61,642 bases of DNA from Chiloscyllium plagiosum (taxonomy: Eukaryota). The position numbers and the translations under genes are program-made. Positions 11,226-23,686 of the stretch are shown piece after piece (positions within the stretch are counted from its first letter, which is position 1; each line of letters opens with the position of its first letter). The stretch covers positions 4,699,452-4,761,093 of the forward strand of contig NC_057729.1 of assembly GCF_004010195.1 (NCBI RefSeq). Direction: 5' to 3'. The notes under the pieces are model-generated. The model searched no databases. It was not told the origin of the DNA and worked only from the letters and a program-made list of their open reading frames with translations.

Positions 11226-13779
11226 TGGAGCTATGGGAGCTTTCCTATTCATTTGTAAGATGTGGGTGTCACTAGCTGGGCCAGCATTTATTGTCCATCA
11301 GTAATTGTCACTAAGAAAGTGATGGTGAAGCTACCTTCTTGATGCATTGCAGTCCTTGAGGTGTAGGGATATCCCTATGTATCAGCCTTCCCATGTTAAA
11401 GACTCCACCCACAGGTTCTTTCCACATACAGTACTTCATGGTAAGCATCCTTTTCACTTTGAAGGACTGACAGAGAGAGAAAGAGGGTGGGGTGGGGGGA
11501 AGTGAGGGGAAATCTTTCATCCTCATCAGATGTTTGCTGAAGTCCAGATCTCCAGTGAAGTGCCTACAAGACTACTCTGATTTGTCTCAGTGTCCTGGAC
11601 TAATGAATGGAGAGCGAAAGCCAGGGTTCCTGTCTCTGATCACTATCTAATGGATCAATTGTTGGGAAGTGCATGTGAGGGTCAAACATGATCTGTTGCT
11701 TGGTAGAATGGTTTTGCCTGCAGTCACTCTGTAGTTTCAAGCACGAGGGATGAACCTGAGGCAAAACCTGTGATAGTTGCTGGGAACAAGAAATTACTGA
11801 GTGGGAAGTATCATTTCCTTTGTGTCTGGCCACCCTTTAATTGCAATATTTCACTTGTACCTTTTGGATTTCAAAGGGACCAGAACATTATGAACATGAT
11901 TCACTGATGACTATTGGTTACTTTTGCCAGTTGTCAGATAGTAGCGAAACGATTTTGAAAGACTAACCTGCCTTTAAGCCAGCATGGTTTAATGTAGTGA
12001 GAGCATACAACTAGAGCATGGTACTAGAGATGCCACATGGGAAGACTGAGGGGAAGTGTGACAGGTACATGAAAAGCAAGTTAGTAGACGTTTCTGCTGA
12101 TAAGAAGACTTGAGGTAAATCGAGCGGGAGGAAGCTCATGCAGAGCACAAACATTTGTGTAGACTGATTGTGCTGAATGTCCTGCTTCTACACTGGAAGC
12201 ATTTTATCACTGCCATCTCAAGGTAGAAAAGCTAAAGTCCAATTTCTCACAACTCCTGGTATTAGGAATCAGCTTTGTGGCTCTCCTTGCAACCTGTGCA
12301 TTAAGATTTCCACAGTTCCTTTGATAATTAGAGATGAACAATATGTAGTTTTCCAGGTGCAAACTGACTTAGGTAATAAAAGGTTTGATTGTTAAATCCT
12401 CCACTTTATATTTTAATGTTTGCGGTTATATAGTTCAACAAGCTATTTTGATACTTAGTGTCAAATACACAAAGACTCCCAGGTCTTACAATGGTAATGG
12501 TATCTTTGTAAGATCATCCAAATCTTTGGCAAGCAATTGGCCCAAAAATGTGCAGCGTCCTGTCCCAGCATTAAGGCATTAATTACTTCAGAGCAGTTCC
12601 AGCGGGTGAGACATTAAGTTCATATGCCTGAGACCAGACTGCAGAAATAACTCAGTCTCAGCAGGACACTCTTCGGAGGACAGAGTAACAATGTCCCCAC
12701 AACATCCCTGAAGAAATTCAATTATTTCTGCCAAATAACTGTAGTCTCTGGCCTGTGACAGATGAAAATGGGGACTCACAACAAGCAGTAAGAGGTGAAG
12801 ACAAGGTGTTGGTGAGATTGTAGAAACCTCTAAACAATTCAGTTGTCTGACCCTTCAACCATCACCTTCATGGTACATGGCAGAATCTGCAGATTACACA
12901 TTGAACTTACCAACCACTTTAAGACCCAACAAAATGGAGAGGAAACCAGTCATCCTCGATCCAAAGAGACTGATTAAGAAGGAGAACAATGGAGAATTCC
13001 CTCCCTCACGGCAGCATGGGTCTGTCTACAGCACATGAACTGCGTGGTTCAAGAAGGCAGCTGACCACCACCTCCTGAAGGGTGGCCAGGCAACGTCGCT
13101 TATGTCCCACAAGTTAATAGGAAAAAAAAGTAACACAATATCGTTGCAGTTTTGTATTTCTCATTTATCAGCTTGAACCATCCAACACTGTCTCTCCACT
13201 TCTTACATTTCTGTAAGTTATCGTGCTGCCATACAATGTCAGAAACAAAATTGATAAACATTTGCATAAAAGTATGATATTTAAACTGGGACTGAATATC
13301 TTTTATAAAGCATCTATATCTTACTAAAAAAAAATCTTGCACCTGATCTATTATTCCCCACAGTCTTGGCCCACGTCATCTAAAACTTCAAAGAGTCATT
13401 ACAGGAGTAATTGGCATTATGCTTAGGTCATTGAACTGATGAACTAAAACCCCAGGCTAATGTTTGCGGACATGGGTTCAAATCCAATCATTGATTGTTC
13501 TAAAAACTCATTTGGAGACAGGTATCTGTTGTCTGTAAGCACTTAATTAGGCCTACAAGCAACTCTATTCTCACATTAATGTGTTTTGCTCTTCCTGTTC
13601 TCTGGAATGCCTGAACAAACCCAATTATGGAAGGGCGACAAATACTTACCAGTGTCACCCAATTCCCAAACAAGAATAAAAAAGAATTATGGCTCAGAAG
13701 AAGGCCATTCAGCTAACCAAATCCATGCTAGCTCTCTGTAAAGCAACACATCTTGTGTGTGAGCATAGGAATTGATCAA

Positions 13780-14270
13780 GGAATGTTTAAATATGATGTC
13801 AGAGCAGAAGTAGATCATTCAGCCCATTAGTTGAGAGTGGAGTACTGGAAACGCACAGCAGGTCAGGCAGCATCCGAGCAGCCAGAGAATCGACGTTTCG
13901 GGCAAGCGCTCTTCATTCAGCCCATTGAGTTCTCTCTACAATTCAATGAAATCGTGCCTCATTTCATAATCCGTAACTCCAGTTACCTGACATTTTCCTC
14001 TAACTCTTGTTTCTCTTACTGATTAAACATATGTTTATCACAGCCATGAATATTCTTAATGACCCAGCCTGTATGGTAAAGAATTCCACAAGTTCACTAC
14101 ATCAGAGAGGAGAGATCTCTCCTCAACTCTTGCCTAGTTAGGCTGAGATTATGCCATCTGCACCCAGAGTTTCCTACAGGGGGAGACAAACTTTCCATAT
14201 CTACCTTCACTAGTCCCGTAGGCATCTTATATTTTTCAATAAGGTCACATTTTATTCTTCTAAACTTCAA
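13780..14270 (-). mobile_element. CR1 3' end carrying a nested Penelope pLTR fragment (13829-13912)
   Basis: CR1 terminus (DLIE.YK..TGL.KVD); nested piece flanked by TCATTCAGCCCATT at 13815-13828 and 13913-13926. Confidence 0.7.
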
Positions 14271-14534
14271 TGAGTTTGCATTTGTTGGCACTGCTTACAT
14301 GTTGGTTGTGGGACTGTTCTTGGAATGTAACTGACAGGTATATGGCTGTGGACAGAACTGATGTCTGCTGAATGATATTTGCTAGAGAGAAGGCAGGGTA
14401 TGTGATATATACAGAGTCCATTCCAAAGGACATATCTTAAAAACAAAGCTGGTAATGTTTCTTTTTAGGGATACACATCAAGAAAGGTAAGAATACTGTC
14501 AGCTCCACAAGTGGAATGTTCATTTGTATACCTA

Positions 14535-14852
14535 CAGAAAATAGGTTCAAGTGTAGACCATGTTCGTCTAAAAACTTGCATTGCCCTATTGCAATGGAGA
14601 AGTATGGACTTCTTTTGTGCAATAATCCTATTTCTGTTTTAATTGTTGATCTGAATTAAAAATTGAGGTGCCAATTAATTTTAGGAATTTCTAAGATACC
14701 AGGTTTAAGAGGAGACCATATCAATCTAAAATCTTGCAATGCCCTACCATAATGGAGAAAAATATACTCCTTCTGCGCAATAATCCGATTGCCATTTTAA
14801 TTGTTGATCTGAATTAAAAGGGAGGTGCCAAACCATTTTAGGAATTTCTAAG
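14535..14852 (+). repeat. Two diverged tandem copies of an unclassified ~155 bp repeat
   Basis: 14535-14695 and 14701-14852 share blocks such as TTTTAATTGTTGATCTGAATTAAAA and TTTTAGGAATTTCTAAG. Confidence 0.85.
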
Positions 14853-15331
14853 CCACCACTTGCAATAAATCCAGTCTTTGCTTCAAACAAATAGTGTATA
14901 TCCATTTGCAGTCTTTCAGAAAGAAAGTCTTGAATTCATACCACACCTTTCATGACCACAGAACAACACAAAACACTTCGCAGCCACATTTTGAAGTGTT
15001 GTCACTATGATAATAAGGCAAAAGTGACACAAACACCTCCCTCAAATAGAAAGGCGATGATGTCCAGCTAATCTGTTTCGATAATGTTGACTGAGGGATC
15101 AATATTAGCCAGGACATTGGGAATTCCATTGCTCTACTTCAAAATAGGATCTTTTACATGCACCTGACAGGGTGTGAGATTATCCAAAATACTGCACCTT
15201 CAATAATGCCCCACCACCCCACTCTCAGCACCACACTAGAGCCTCAGGCTTGGGTTCTGTGCTTACACATTCAGCATGAAACTTGAAACCACATCATTCT
15301 GACTCAGAGGCCAGAATGCTAACAACTGAGG

Positions 15332-15439
15332 CATGACTGATGAAGGGCTTTTGCCCGAAATGTCGATTTTACTGCCCCTCGGATGCTGCCTGAACTGCTG
15401 TGCTTTTCCAGCACCACTCTAATCTAGACCATGACTGAT
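15332..15439 (+). mobile_element. Penelope pLTR mini-insertion starting at the hammerhead core, with TSD
   Basis: CTGATGA-A-GGGC-TTTT-GCCC-GAAA 15337-15360; TSD CATGACTGAT at 15332-15341 and 15430-15439. Confidence 0.8.
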
Positions 15440-15710
15440 ACACAAGTATCTGGTGGCTGATGATCTATCCTCCAAAAAGGGATTTACCATGTGACTGCAC
15501 TTCACAATTCACCCAAATTACTTGCTGACCACCTTCCTTTGATATTTATAAATTGGAAATCACCCAGACACTCACATCACTTTCACTGAACAGGTCTGAA
15601 ATACGTTCTTGCAGCTTGACTTACTTCTCTATTTAAGCATTCACACCATCACCTCAGTCTACCCCTTCCCCCTATGCTGGTAAGTATGGCCTCAACTAGT
15701 GAGCACATAT

Positions 15711-15939
15711 AGAATAGAATAGAATTCCTACAGTGTGGTAACAGGGCCCTTGGCCCCACAAGTCCACACCGACCTTCCGAAGAGTAACCCACCCAATCCA
15801 TTTCCCTACCCTTTTACCCTATATTTACCCCAGACCAATGCATCTAAACTACACATCCCTGAACACTATGGGCAATTTTCCATGGCCAATTCACCTAACT
15901 TGCACATCTTTGGATTGTGGGAGGAAACTGGAGCACCCA
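15711..15939 (-). mobile_element. HE1-type V-SINE, partial
   Basis: Same family as 23376-23686 and 50332-50649. Confidence 0.8.
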
Positions 15940-16846
15940 GAGTCCCCTCACCTGCTCCTGGTCGATCAATGCTTGTTTTTACATCTCTCCATGGGTCTAC
16001 TTTCCCCAGCTCCTCCAGCTTTATAACTGCCTGTCAATACGGTATTTTGAGTACCCTCTATTTTAATCTCTCCACTGCTGGCGAACATCAGCATCCAGGG
16101 TCAGGGCTCTGAAATTTCTCACCTCAACCCCTCTATACTTAGTTTTTTCCTTTTAGTCAACCTGTTCAGGGATATTATTACGCACCTCAGGAGCAGGTGG
16201 GACTTGAACCAGGCCTCCCGGTCCATGGGGAGGGATACCACCAGTGCCCCACCTCTTTCCTCCTGCAATCCACTCTATAAACCCAACTCTCTGGAAAAGC
16301 TATGACCAACTGCCATGTCTTCCTTGGCTCACTGTCTTTTTTTTCTTGTCTGATTTTGCTCCTGTGAAGCACCTTAGAGCATTTCATTACATCAAAGGTG
16401 CCATATAAATGCAAGTTGTCCTTTCACTTTTTAAAAAAGTCCTCAAGTAACGGTATCTCTTTAGTTCATCATTTAATTTTATAATACTTGGCCAATTAAT
16501 ATAAGGAAGCAACAAAGTCATTTCAAAGCAGTACATTTTTACAAATGCTTCATCTGATACAACCTGTATAATTCTGTTAAACCCAAGGAAGTCTGTTAAA
16601 CTCCACTTTTGTGGGTGAGGCACAGTGGTTTACTTTCAAAAGTCCCTTTGTCAGAGACAAACAAAATATCTTTCTTCCAGCAGACTGGCAGAGCTACAGT
16701 AGATAATACTGCAACTGCAGCTCTGAAGGGAATTACCTAAAAGGCCCATTACACAGCCTGCTATGCTTCAGCTTGGTTGAACTGATGCTTGTCCAGATTT
16801 CAGTATGCAGTAAAAAAGATTTCATGAAGGAAGAAGTCATAACTTT

Positions 16847-17132
16847 GGGTGGCATGGTGGCACAGTGGTTAGCACTGCTGCCTCACAGCGCCAGAGACCC
16901 GGGTTCAATTCCTGCCTCAGGCACATTCTCCCCGTGTCTGCGTGAGTTTCCTCCAGGTGCTCCGGTTTCCTCCCACAGTTCAAAGATGTGCAGGTCAGGT
17001 GCTAAATTGCCTGTGGTGTTAGGTCAAGGGGTAAATGTAGGGGAATCGGTCTGGGTGGGTTGTGCTTCGGTGCGTCAGTGTGGAATTGTTGGGCCGAAGG
17101 ACCTGTTTCCACACTGTAAGTAATCTAATCTA
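16847..17132 (+). mobile_element. HE1-type V-SINE
   Basis: tRNA-derived head (TGGCACAGTGG A box, GGTTCAATTCC B box), V-domain, TAATCTAATCTA tail. Confidence 0.85.
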
Positions 17133-17226
17133 AAAACGTTTCTAATCTCCAATCTTGCCAAAAAGCCAGCCACCTTCAAGCAAATATGAAAGTTTAACCA
17201 CATTTGATTATGATCATCGCAAGTTG

Positions 17227-17265
17227 AGCTCTGATGAAGAGTCACCTAGACTCGAAACATTGGCT
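17227..17265 (+). ncRNA. Minimal hammerhead ribozyme within a Penelope pLTR remnant (~17225-17360)
   Basis: AGCT-CTGATGA-A-GAGTC-ACCTA-GACTC-GAAA-CATT-GGCT: stem I, core, stem II and cleavage triplet region. Confidence 0.7.
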
Positions 17266-17618
17266 TGCTCTCTCTCCAGGGATGCTGCTTCATCCAATGT
17301 GACCTCGAGCATTTGTTATTTTCAGTGCAGATTCCAGCACTTGCAGTAATTTGCTCCTATTACCAATTATGTGGCAAATATGGCAGACTGTTGCTCTTAT
17401 CTTTGAGTAAGAAGGTCATGGGTTTAACCCTGACATGATCCAGGCTGACAGCTCAACGTAGTTCTGAGAGACTGCAACATTGTCAGAGGCATTATTGTTG
17501 AAATGACCTGTTATAACACGTCTGCTCTCTTGGGTGACATAAAAGATCCCATGGCACTGGCTAAAGTGATAAGGATTTTCCCCAGTTTATTCATCCCTTA
17601 GTATTTAGGCACTGAGGT

Positions 17619-17766
17619 CTAAAATGGTTTGGCACCTCCCTTTTAATTCAGATCAACAATTAAAACGGCAATAGGATTATTGCACAGAGGAATCCACTTT
17701 TCTCCATTGCAGTAGGACAATGCAAGTTTTTAGACTGACATGGTCTACTCTTAAACCTATTTTCTG
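17619..17766 (-). repeat. Inverted third copy of the ~155 bp repeat at 14535-14852
   Basis: CTAAAATGGTTTGGCACCTCCCTTTTAATTCAGATCAACAATTAAAA is the reverse complement of the end of the second tandem unit. Confidence 0.85.
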
Positions 17767-19470
17767 GCCCATTTCTTATCTAAATGTCGGCAAAGTTCTT
17801 GAACAAAATAACTTGTTACTGACCCTTTTGAGCAGTTCCCTGATTTTTGGGTACCTTTACTGTCATTGTTTACCATTGTAATTTGCAATATCAACATTTG
17901 CCCTTCAATCCTGCTATGTGATTGTAGGCTCTATCTCTGGGAGTTCAGCAGTTCAAACAGAATGGCCACCAGCAGCTATTCAGAACATCCAGTGTCAGAC
18001 AGTAGAAGTGGCTAAGTCAGTGTCACTCAAGTCCCAGGAGCAAAGTTTTTAAAAAACCTGTGACCATCAGTTGGTGCAGTGGAGAGAATTTCTTCAGTAC
18101 TTCTCTCAACTCAAAATAGAAAGTTACCGTTTTGAATATAAAACATATATTCATAATCTGGCCATAGAAACTCACACAAGTAATTTACTGGTATGCTGTT
18201 ATATGATCAGTTTCAGAGAAACTTTGGCAGGTACATACTGTCGACAGTTCACACCGCTGCAATGATACATAATGATGGAGAGGGTGATGGATAGATCGCA
18301 GGTCATAATCTGTCAAGACCTTTCATCATTTTGAAAAATCCTTGGGACATTAGAATCTCTGGCAGTGGGATTTTTTTTGAGCCATTCCCATAACCCTATT
18401 CTTTCATTTCCAACAACAAACCAATGAATTTTCACTTCCCCTTTTCATGACTGGAATGTACCTCCTATAACAAGATGCCAAGTTCTACAGATGTATTACA
18501 ACTGAAATTATTTTTCTAACACCAGAAAAGATCTATGAGTCCACACTCTTCGTTCTCTGTTCCTTGAAGAATCTTATTATTAGAATGCACAGCCTTTCAT
18601 TGTGCTTTTTCTTCAAGCAGACCACAAAACAAGTTTTTGTACTGAGCTGTCTTTGCTACCTCCTCGGTCTCTCCTCTAAACTCTTTACAACCTTTTGCAA
18701 TGTTCTGCATTCTCCCTTGCTGTTCAATGATCGACAAACTTCCACCTTGTAAATAAGTGGAAAACTGAAGATGTTCTATCATGGATCCTACCATTTACAC
18801 CAAAGAAAACAATTCCTTATGTTATGACCCTCAGCCATTTCACTCCCAAATTTGATTTCTTTCTGTTAGTTGGAGACAAAAATACACAATAATTGGCCTC
18901 AGTACCTTTAGAGTAGGGACGAGGTCAGTTTGCCTCTGATTGCTAACCTGCAACCACGTCTTGTGCATTGCATGCATGTGTTAGAGTTGGGTGAGGATAG
19001 AATTGGGTTGAGCTTTGAATGCTCTGATTTGAACAAATTTAGTAAGTAGGCAAATACATGGCAGATGAAGTATAATGTGCTTAAATGTGAGTTTATCTAC
19101 TTTAACAGCAAATAACAGATTATTATCTGAATGGAAATTGCTTGAGAAAGGGGAAGGTGCAGTGAGACCTGGGTGTCCTTATACACCAGTTGCTCAAAGT
19201 AATCATGCAGGTGCAGCAGGCAGTGAAGAAGGTAGATAGTATGTTGGTCTTCATAGAGAGAGGATTTGCATACAGAGGCAGGAACATCTTGCTGCAATTG
19301 TACAGGACCGTGGTGAGACCACATCTGGAATACTGTGTGCAGTTTTGATCTCCATGTCTGAGGAAGGATGTTCTGGCTGTGGAGGAAGTGCAATAAAAGT
19401 TCACCAGAAGGATCCCTACAATGGCAGACCGATGAATGAAAAGAGACTGGATCATTTAGGACTTTATTAA

Positions 19471-20110
19471 CTGGCTGTTGTGGTTCTGTTCGCCGAGCTG
19501 GAAATTTTTGTTGCAAACGTTTCGTCCCCTGTCTAGGTGACATCCTCAGTGCTTTGGAGCCTCCTGTGAAGCTCTTCTGTGGTGTTTCCTCCGGCATTTA
19601 TAGTGGCCTGTCCCTGCCGCTTCCGGTTGTCAGTTTCAGCTGTCCGCTGTAGTGGCCGGTATATTGGGTCCAGGTCGATGTGTTTGTTGATGCCTAAGAA
19701 AAAGACAACGGAACGAGGACATGCCACAACCCAAAGGACTAGCCACACTACCATACATCAGGAGCATTTCTGAACTGACAGCCAGACTACTGCGACCACT
19801 AGGACTTATAACAGCACACAAACCAACAGCCACAATCAGACAACAACTCACCAGAACAACTCCATCAACAAACACATCGACCTGGACCCAATATACCGGC
19901 CACTACAGCGGACAGCTGAAACTGACAACCGGAAGCGGCAGGGACAGGCCACTATAAATGCCGGAGGAAACACCACGGAAGCGCTTCACAGGAGGCTCCC
20001 AAGCACTGAGGATGTCACCTAGACAGGGGACGAAACGTTTGCAACAAAAATTTCCAGCTCGGCGAACAGAACCACAACAACGAGCACCCGAGCTACAAAT
20101 CTTCACCCAA
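19471..20110. mobile_element. Palindromic Penelope-derived insertion (217 bp inverted arms, 170 bp spacer)
   Basis: Arms 19476-19692 and 19863-20079; spacer encodes ATLPYIRSISELTARLLRPLGLITAHKP (PLE RT-to-endonuclease linker); TSD ACTTTATTAA at 19461-19470 and 20111-20120. Confidence 0.9.
20003..20042 (+). ncRNA. Minimal hammerhead ribozyme (mirror copy on - strand at 19513-19552)
   Basis: GCA-CTGAGGA-T-GTCACCT-AGAC-AGGGGAC-GAAA-CGTT-TGC. Confidence 0.75.
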
Positions 20111-20959
20111 ACTTTATTAAGTGGGGTTTAGAAGAATGAGGGGCGGATCTCATAGAAACCTATAAAGTTCTAACAGGACCAGACAGGAGTTATGTTCCTG
20201 ATGACCAGGGAGACCAGAACCAGGGGTTAGTCTAAGGATATAGAATAGACCATTTATGCCTGAGATGAGGGTCAAGGAAAATAACAGCACAGGACACAAT
20301 TCCTCCGTTACTTTGCATACACTGACTGTTAGGGCTATATTAAGACTGTATGATTGTAAGAATAACAGAACAAAATTTGATGGGTGTGTTCTGATGGTTT
20401 ACTCACGGAGGCTGCAGGGCTGGGGTGAGAACCAGATGTCAGTTAATTGTAAAACCACAGGAAGGCAGGGGAGTTTTCACAAGAAAACCCCTAGCCAAAA
20501 AGATACAGTACAAAATAAAGGCACAGTCACATCACCCTCTGCTTCATTGTAACAATGTTTTGTGCTTTGTTTTTGTTTACCAACCAAAACTCTTGTGTTT
20601 AGGATAAAAGAGATGAGGGAGTTTGCATCTGAGGGAAGTAGGTGGACAGACAGTTTACAAATTGTTGTCGATCAGCACATCTGAAGAAAGCTGGTTGAAT
20701 ATTTTTCCAGGTTGATAGCAGCAGAAATAAAAATCTCCAATTGAACAGTATAGAGGGCATTCATGTTTCTGCCACATTAGAATGTCGTTATTATCTCGTC
20801 AGCAGTAGTTCAAAGGGTGCAGTGTACTTTAAGATTTTAGTGGCCAGAGCAGAGACCAGGTGCACAGGGGGAGAAGGAGAGAGAGCTTCATACAGTGTAA
20901 TTTAGTAGCAACCTTGTAGAGGCCTTGGAGATCACCATATATTGTCCATTAGATGGGTC

Positions 20960-21620
20960 AGAATCACTGAATTGTGACAGTGCAGAAGGAAGCTATGTCT
21001 ACACCAGTTCAATTACCCTGATCTCAATCTCCTGCCTTTTCTCCATACTCCTGCACACCATTTCCGTCCAAATCATCATCTGATGCCCCCTTGAATGTCT
21101 CAATTTAATCTACCGCCACCACATTCCCAGGCAGTGTATTCCATACCTTAACTACTCACTGTGTGAAAAAGTTCATTCTTACGTCACCCTTCCCCTGTTT
21201 GCATCTCACTTTAAATCTATGCTCTCTCATTCTAGTTCCAGTTTAGCAGTGGGAACAGTTTCTCCCTATTTACTCTATCCAGTCTGCTTATGATTTTGAA
21301 AACCTCCTCTGTCTTCTTCTTTCCAAGGAGAACAGTCCCAACTTCTTCAATTTATCCTTATAACTGAAATTTCTCATTCCTGGAACCATTCTTATAAATC
21401 ATTTCTGCACTGGCTCCGATCTATTCACATCTTTCCTACATTGTTATACTAAGACTGTACACATTACTCCAGCTGAGGTCTAAGCATTTTGTACAAATTC
21501 AACATCACCGCCTTGCTCCTGTATTCTATTATCTATCACTGCATACCTTATTAATTGCTCTGTCCACCCTTTCTGTCACTTTCAATGATCTGTGCACATC
21601 TATACCCAGGTCCCTCTTTT
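20960..21620 (-). mobile_element. CR1 LINE 3' portion, degenerate
   Basis: Reverse complement of CR1 ORF2 end (LE.CVQ..., FSL..RR, FFTQ.VV..WN.LP). Confidence 0.7.
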
Positions 21621-23375
21621 AGAGAGAGAACCAGAATGGTTTGAGCTTAACTTCACCTCACTCTAAATGAGGTTCCCCTCCATCTGCTGCCTGCAGGGAT
21701 CTGATGTGAATAAGTTAGAATAGTCTTGATGAAGCCTCCAGCAAGAGCAAAACAACATGGTACAGCAATTTCATTCAAAGCATTCAGAGGCAGGAAATGG
21801 AAATATTACATTTGGGGATGTGTTGGATGCTGGGACAAGGACCTGAGGGTGTTATTGAGCAGAATGGAAGGAGCTTGACTCTGTTAGACCCTGATTTGGG
21901 TGCTTTTGAAGTTGGGACTGGGTGGCTGAGCTAGTTCTATTCCTCTGTACAAACATCCCTTGCCTCAAGGAATATGGATGTTAAAACTGAATTGTCCTGT
22001 GTTTGAACTGGAATGTTATGGTTCTCCTTTTCTCTGCTAATCTACCCAGCCAATGGTTTAATTTTACACCGTGTTGTAGGGGGTGCAAAATACTTTACCA
22101 GGAATTCAGAAGTGCAGTCTTGGTCTTGAGCATTTCCTCATCAGTTCACCCAGACATTTGTTATCAAGTTATGTAAACCTGGCTCAGAGATTTATGAATT
22201 TAAGTTCCCTTTATCACTAGTTTAAATTTCTTATTTAAGAGGTATATTGCATTTATTGAGGAGATCTTAAACCTCAAGGTCCTGATTCAGGTTAAGCATC
22301 CCCCAGCACTATTGGAAGGAGAGCATTGTGCTCTCGCAATCCGCCTGACATCACCAAAAAACATCAATCAACTAGTTGTTGTAATGCTGTTTTGTGGGAT
22401 GTTACTTTCTACAAAATCTAAATTCATTCATTGCATCCTTAGCTCTGAAGGTCACTCCCACATTTGAACTTGTCCCACTTCAAAATATGAATGTACTCTG
22501 AGCGAGTGTGTGTGTTTTAGTGGGGATTTCAGGCTGAGGGGCTGGTCAACACCCTCAGGCACTGTTCAGATTAGAGCAGATGAGTCCTCCTGATGTCCTG
22601 AACAATACTGAATCTTCAATTGACATCAGGTTCACTCAGATACCTGTATCAGGTTATGTAAATTTATGTCAAAGGTAGTTAAGTAGCATTTATCATAAAT
22701 ACTCAATGCATTAAAACAAAATTCCCCCTCTTTTTGCTAATCACCTGATCTGATTTTTGACTGGCCTGCATGTGGCAACAATTTCTCCCTATTTACTCTT
22801 TGGGAACACTCCCATCAATGTGAAAGCAGGGGTGAAAATACTCACAAGCTGCAGAATTACAGAATCATTGTTGTGTTATGTTGCAAAAGCAAGTTTTATA
22901 ATTTTAATCCTGACTACAATAACTGAAGACAAACCAAGCCCCCTTTAAGAAAATCATTATCACATAAAGAGCAGAATTCTGTGAGAATTTTTTTTCTTGA
23001 CAAAAAGATTGCCTGATTTGAAAGTGCTTGGATCTATAACATTACCGTGGCACACACAGTAGATATTCTGACAGGACAGATGTTATTTATTTGTCAGCTG
23101 TAGGAATTTTTCTGTTTTCCCAGTCCATTTTTCTTGAGAAAGTGAGTTGTTGGCTGGCAAATTATTAAGAGACTTCCAGCAATGTATCAGCAGAACCATC
23201 TGTACCGTTTAGTGCCAAATAGTTTGAAGTTCGGGTTGATTTCTATGCTAGACAGAAAAACAAAGAATACCAGATGCTGGAAATCAGATTTCTGTGCTGT
23301 TGGCTCCTTGACATAGACTGAAGTTTAGGAAATACTTTTATTCTTTCAAATGAACATACCAGTCCTTGGATTGGA

Positions 23376-23686
23376 TAGATTAGATGAGATTACTAACAGT
23401 GTGGAAACAGCCCTTCGGCCCAACAAGTCCACACCAACCCTCCGAAGACCAACCCACCCAGACCCATTCCCCTACATTTACCCCTTCACTTAACACTATG
23501 GGCAATTTAGCATGGCCAATTCACCTAACCTGCACATCTTTAGACTGAGGGAGGAAACCAGAGCACCCGGAGGAAACCCACACAGACACGGGGAGAATGT
23601 GCAAACTCCACACTGACAGTTGCCTGAGGCGGGATTTAAACCTGGGTCTCTGGCGCTGTGAGGCAGTGCTAACCACTGTGCCACCC
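23376..23686 (-). mobile_element. HE1-type V-SINE, near full length
   Basis: tRNA head, V-domain and tail on the minus strand. Confidence 0.9.

Larger units (their letters stand above)
19045..20270 (+). mobile_element. CR1 LINE fragment split by a palindromic Penelope insertion
   Basis: WQMKYNV.KCE and VRPHLEYCVQF motifs before 19470; RRMRG.DLIETYKVL resumes after 20120. Confidence 0.85.

Noticed and set aside
17770-18860. Possible decayed coding sequence or transposase on the minus strand
   Set aside because: Short open stretches only, with no motif I can recognise; needs tBLASTx.
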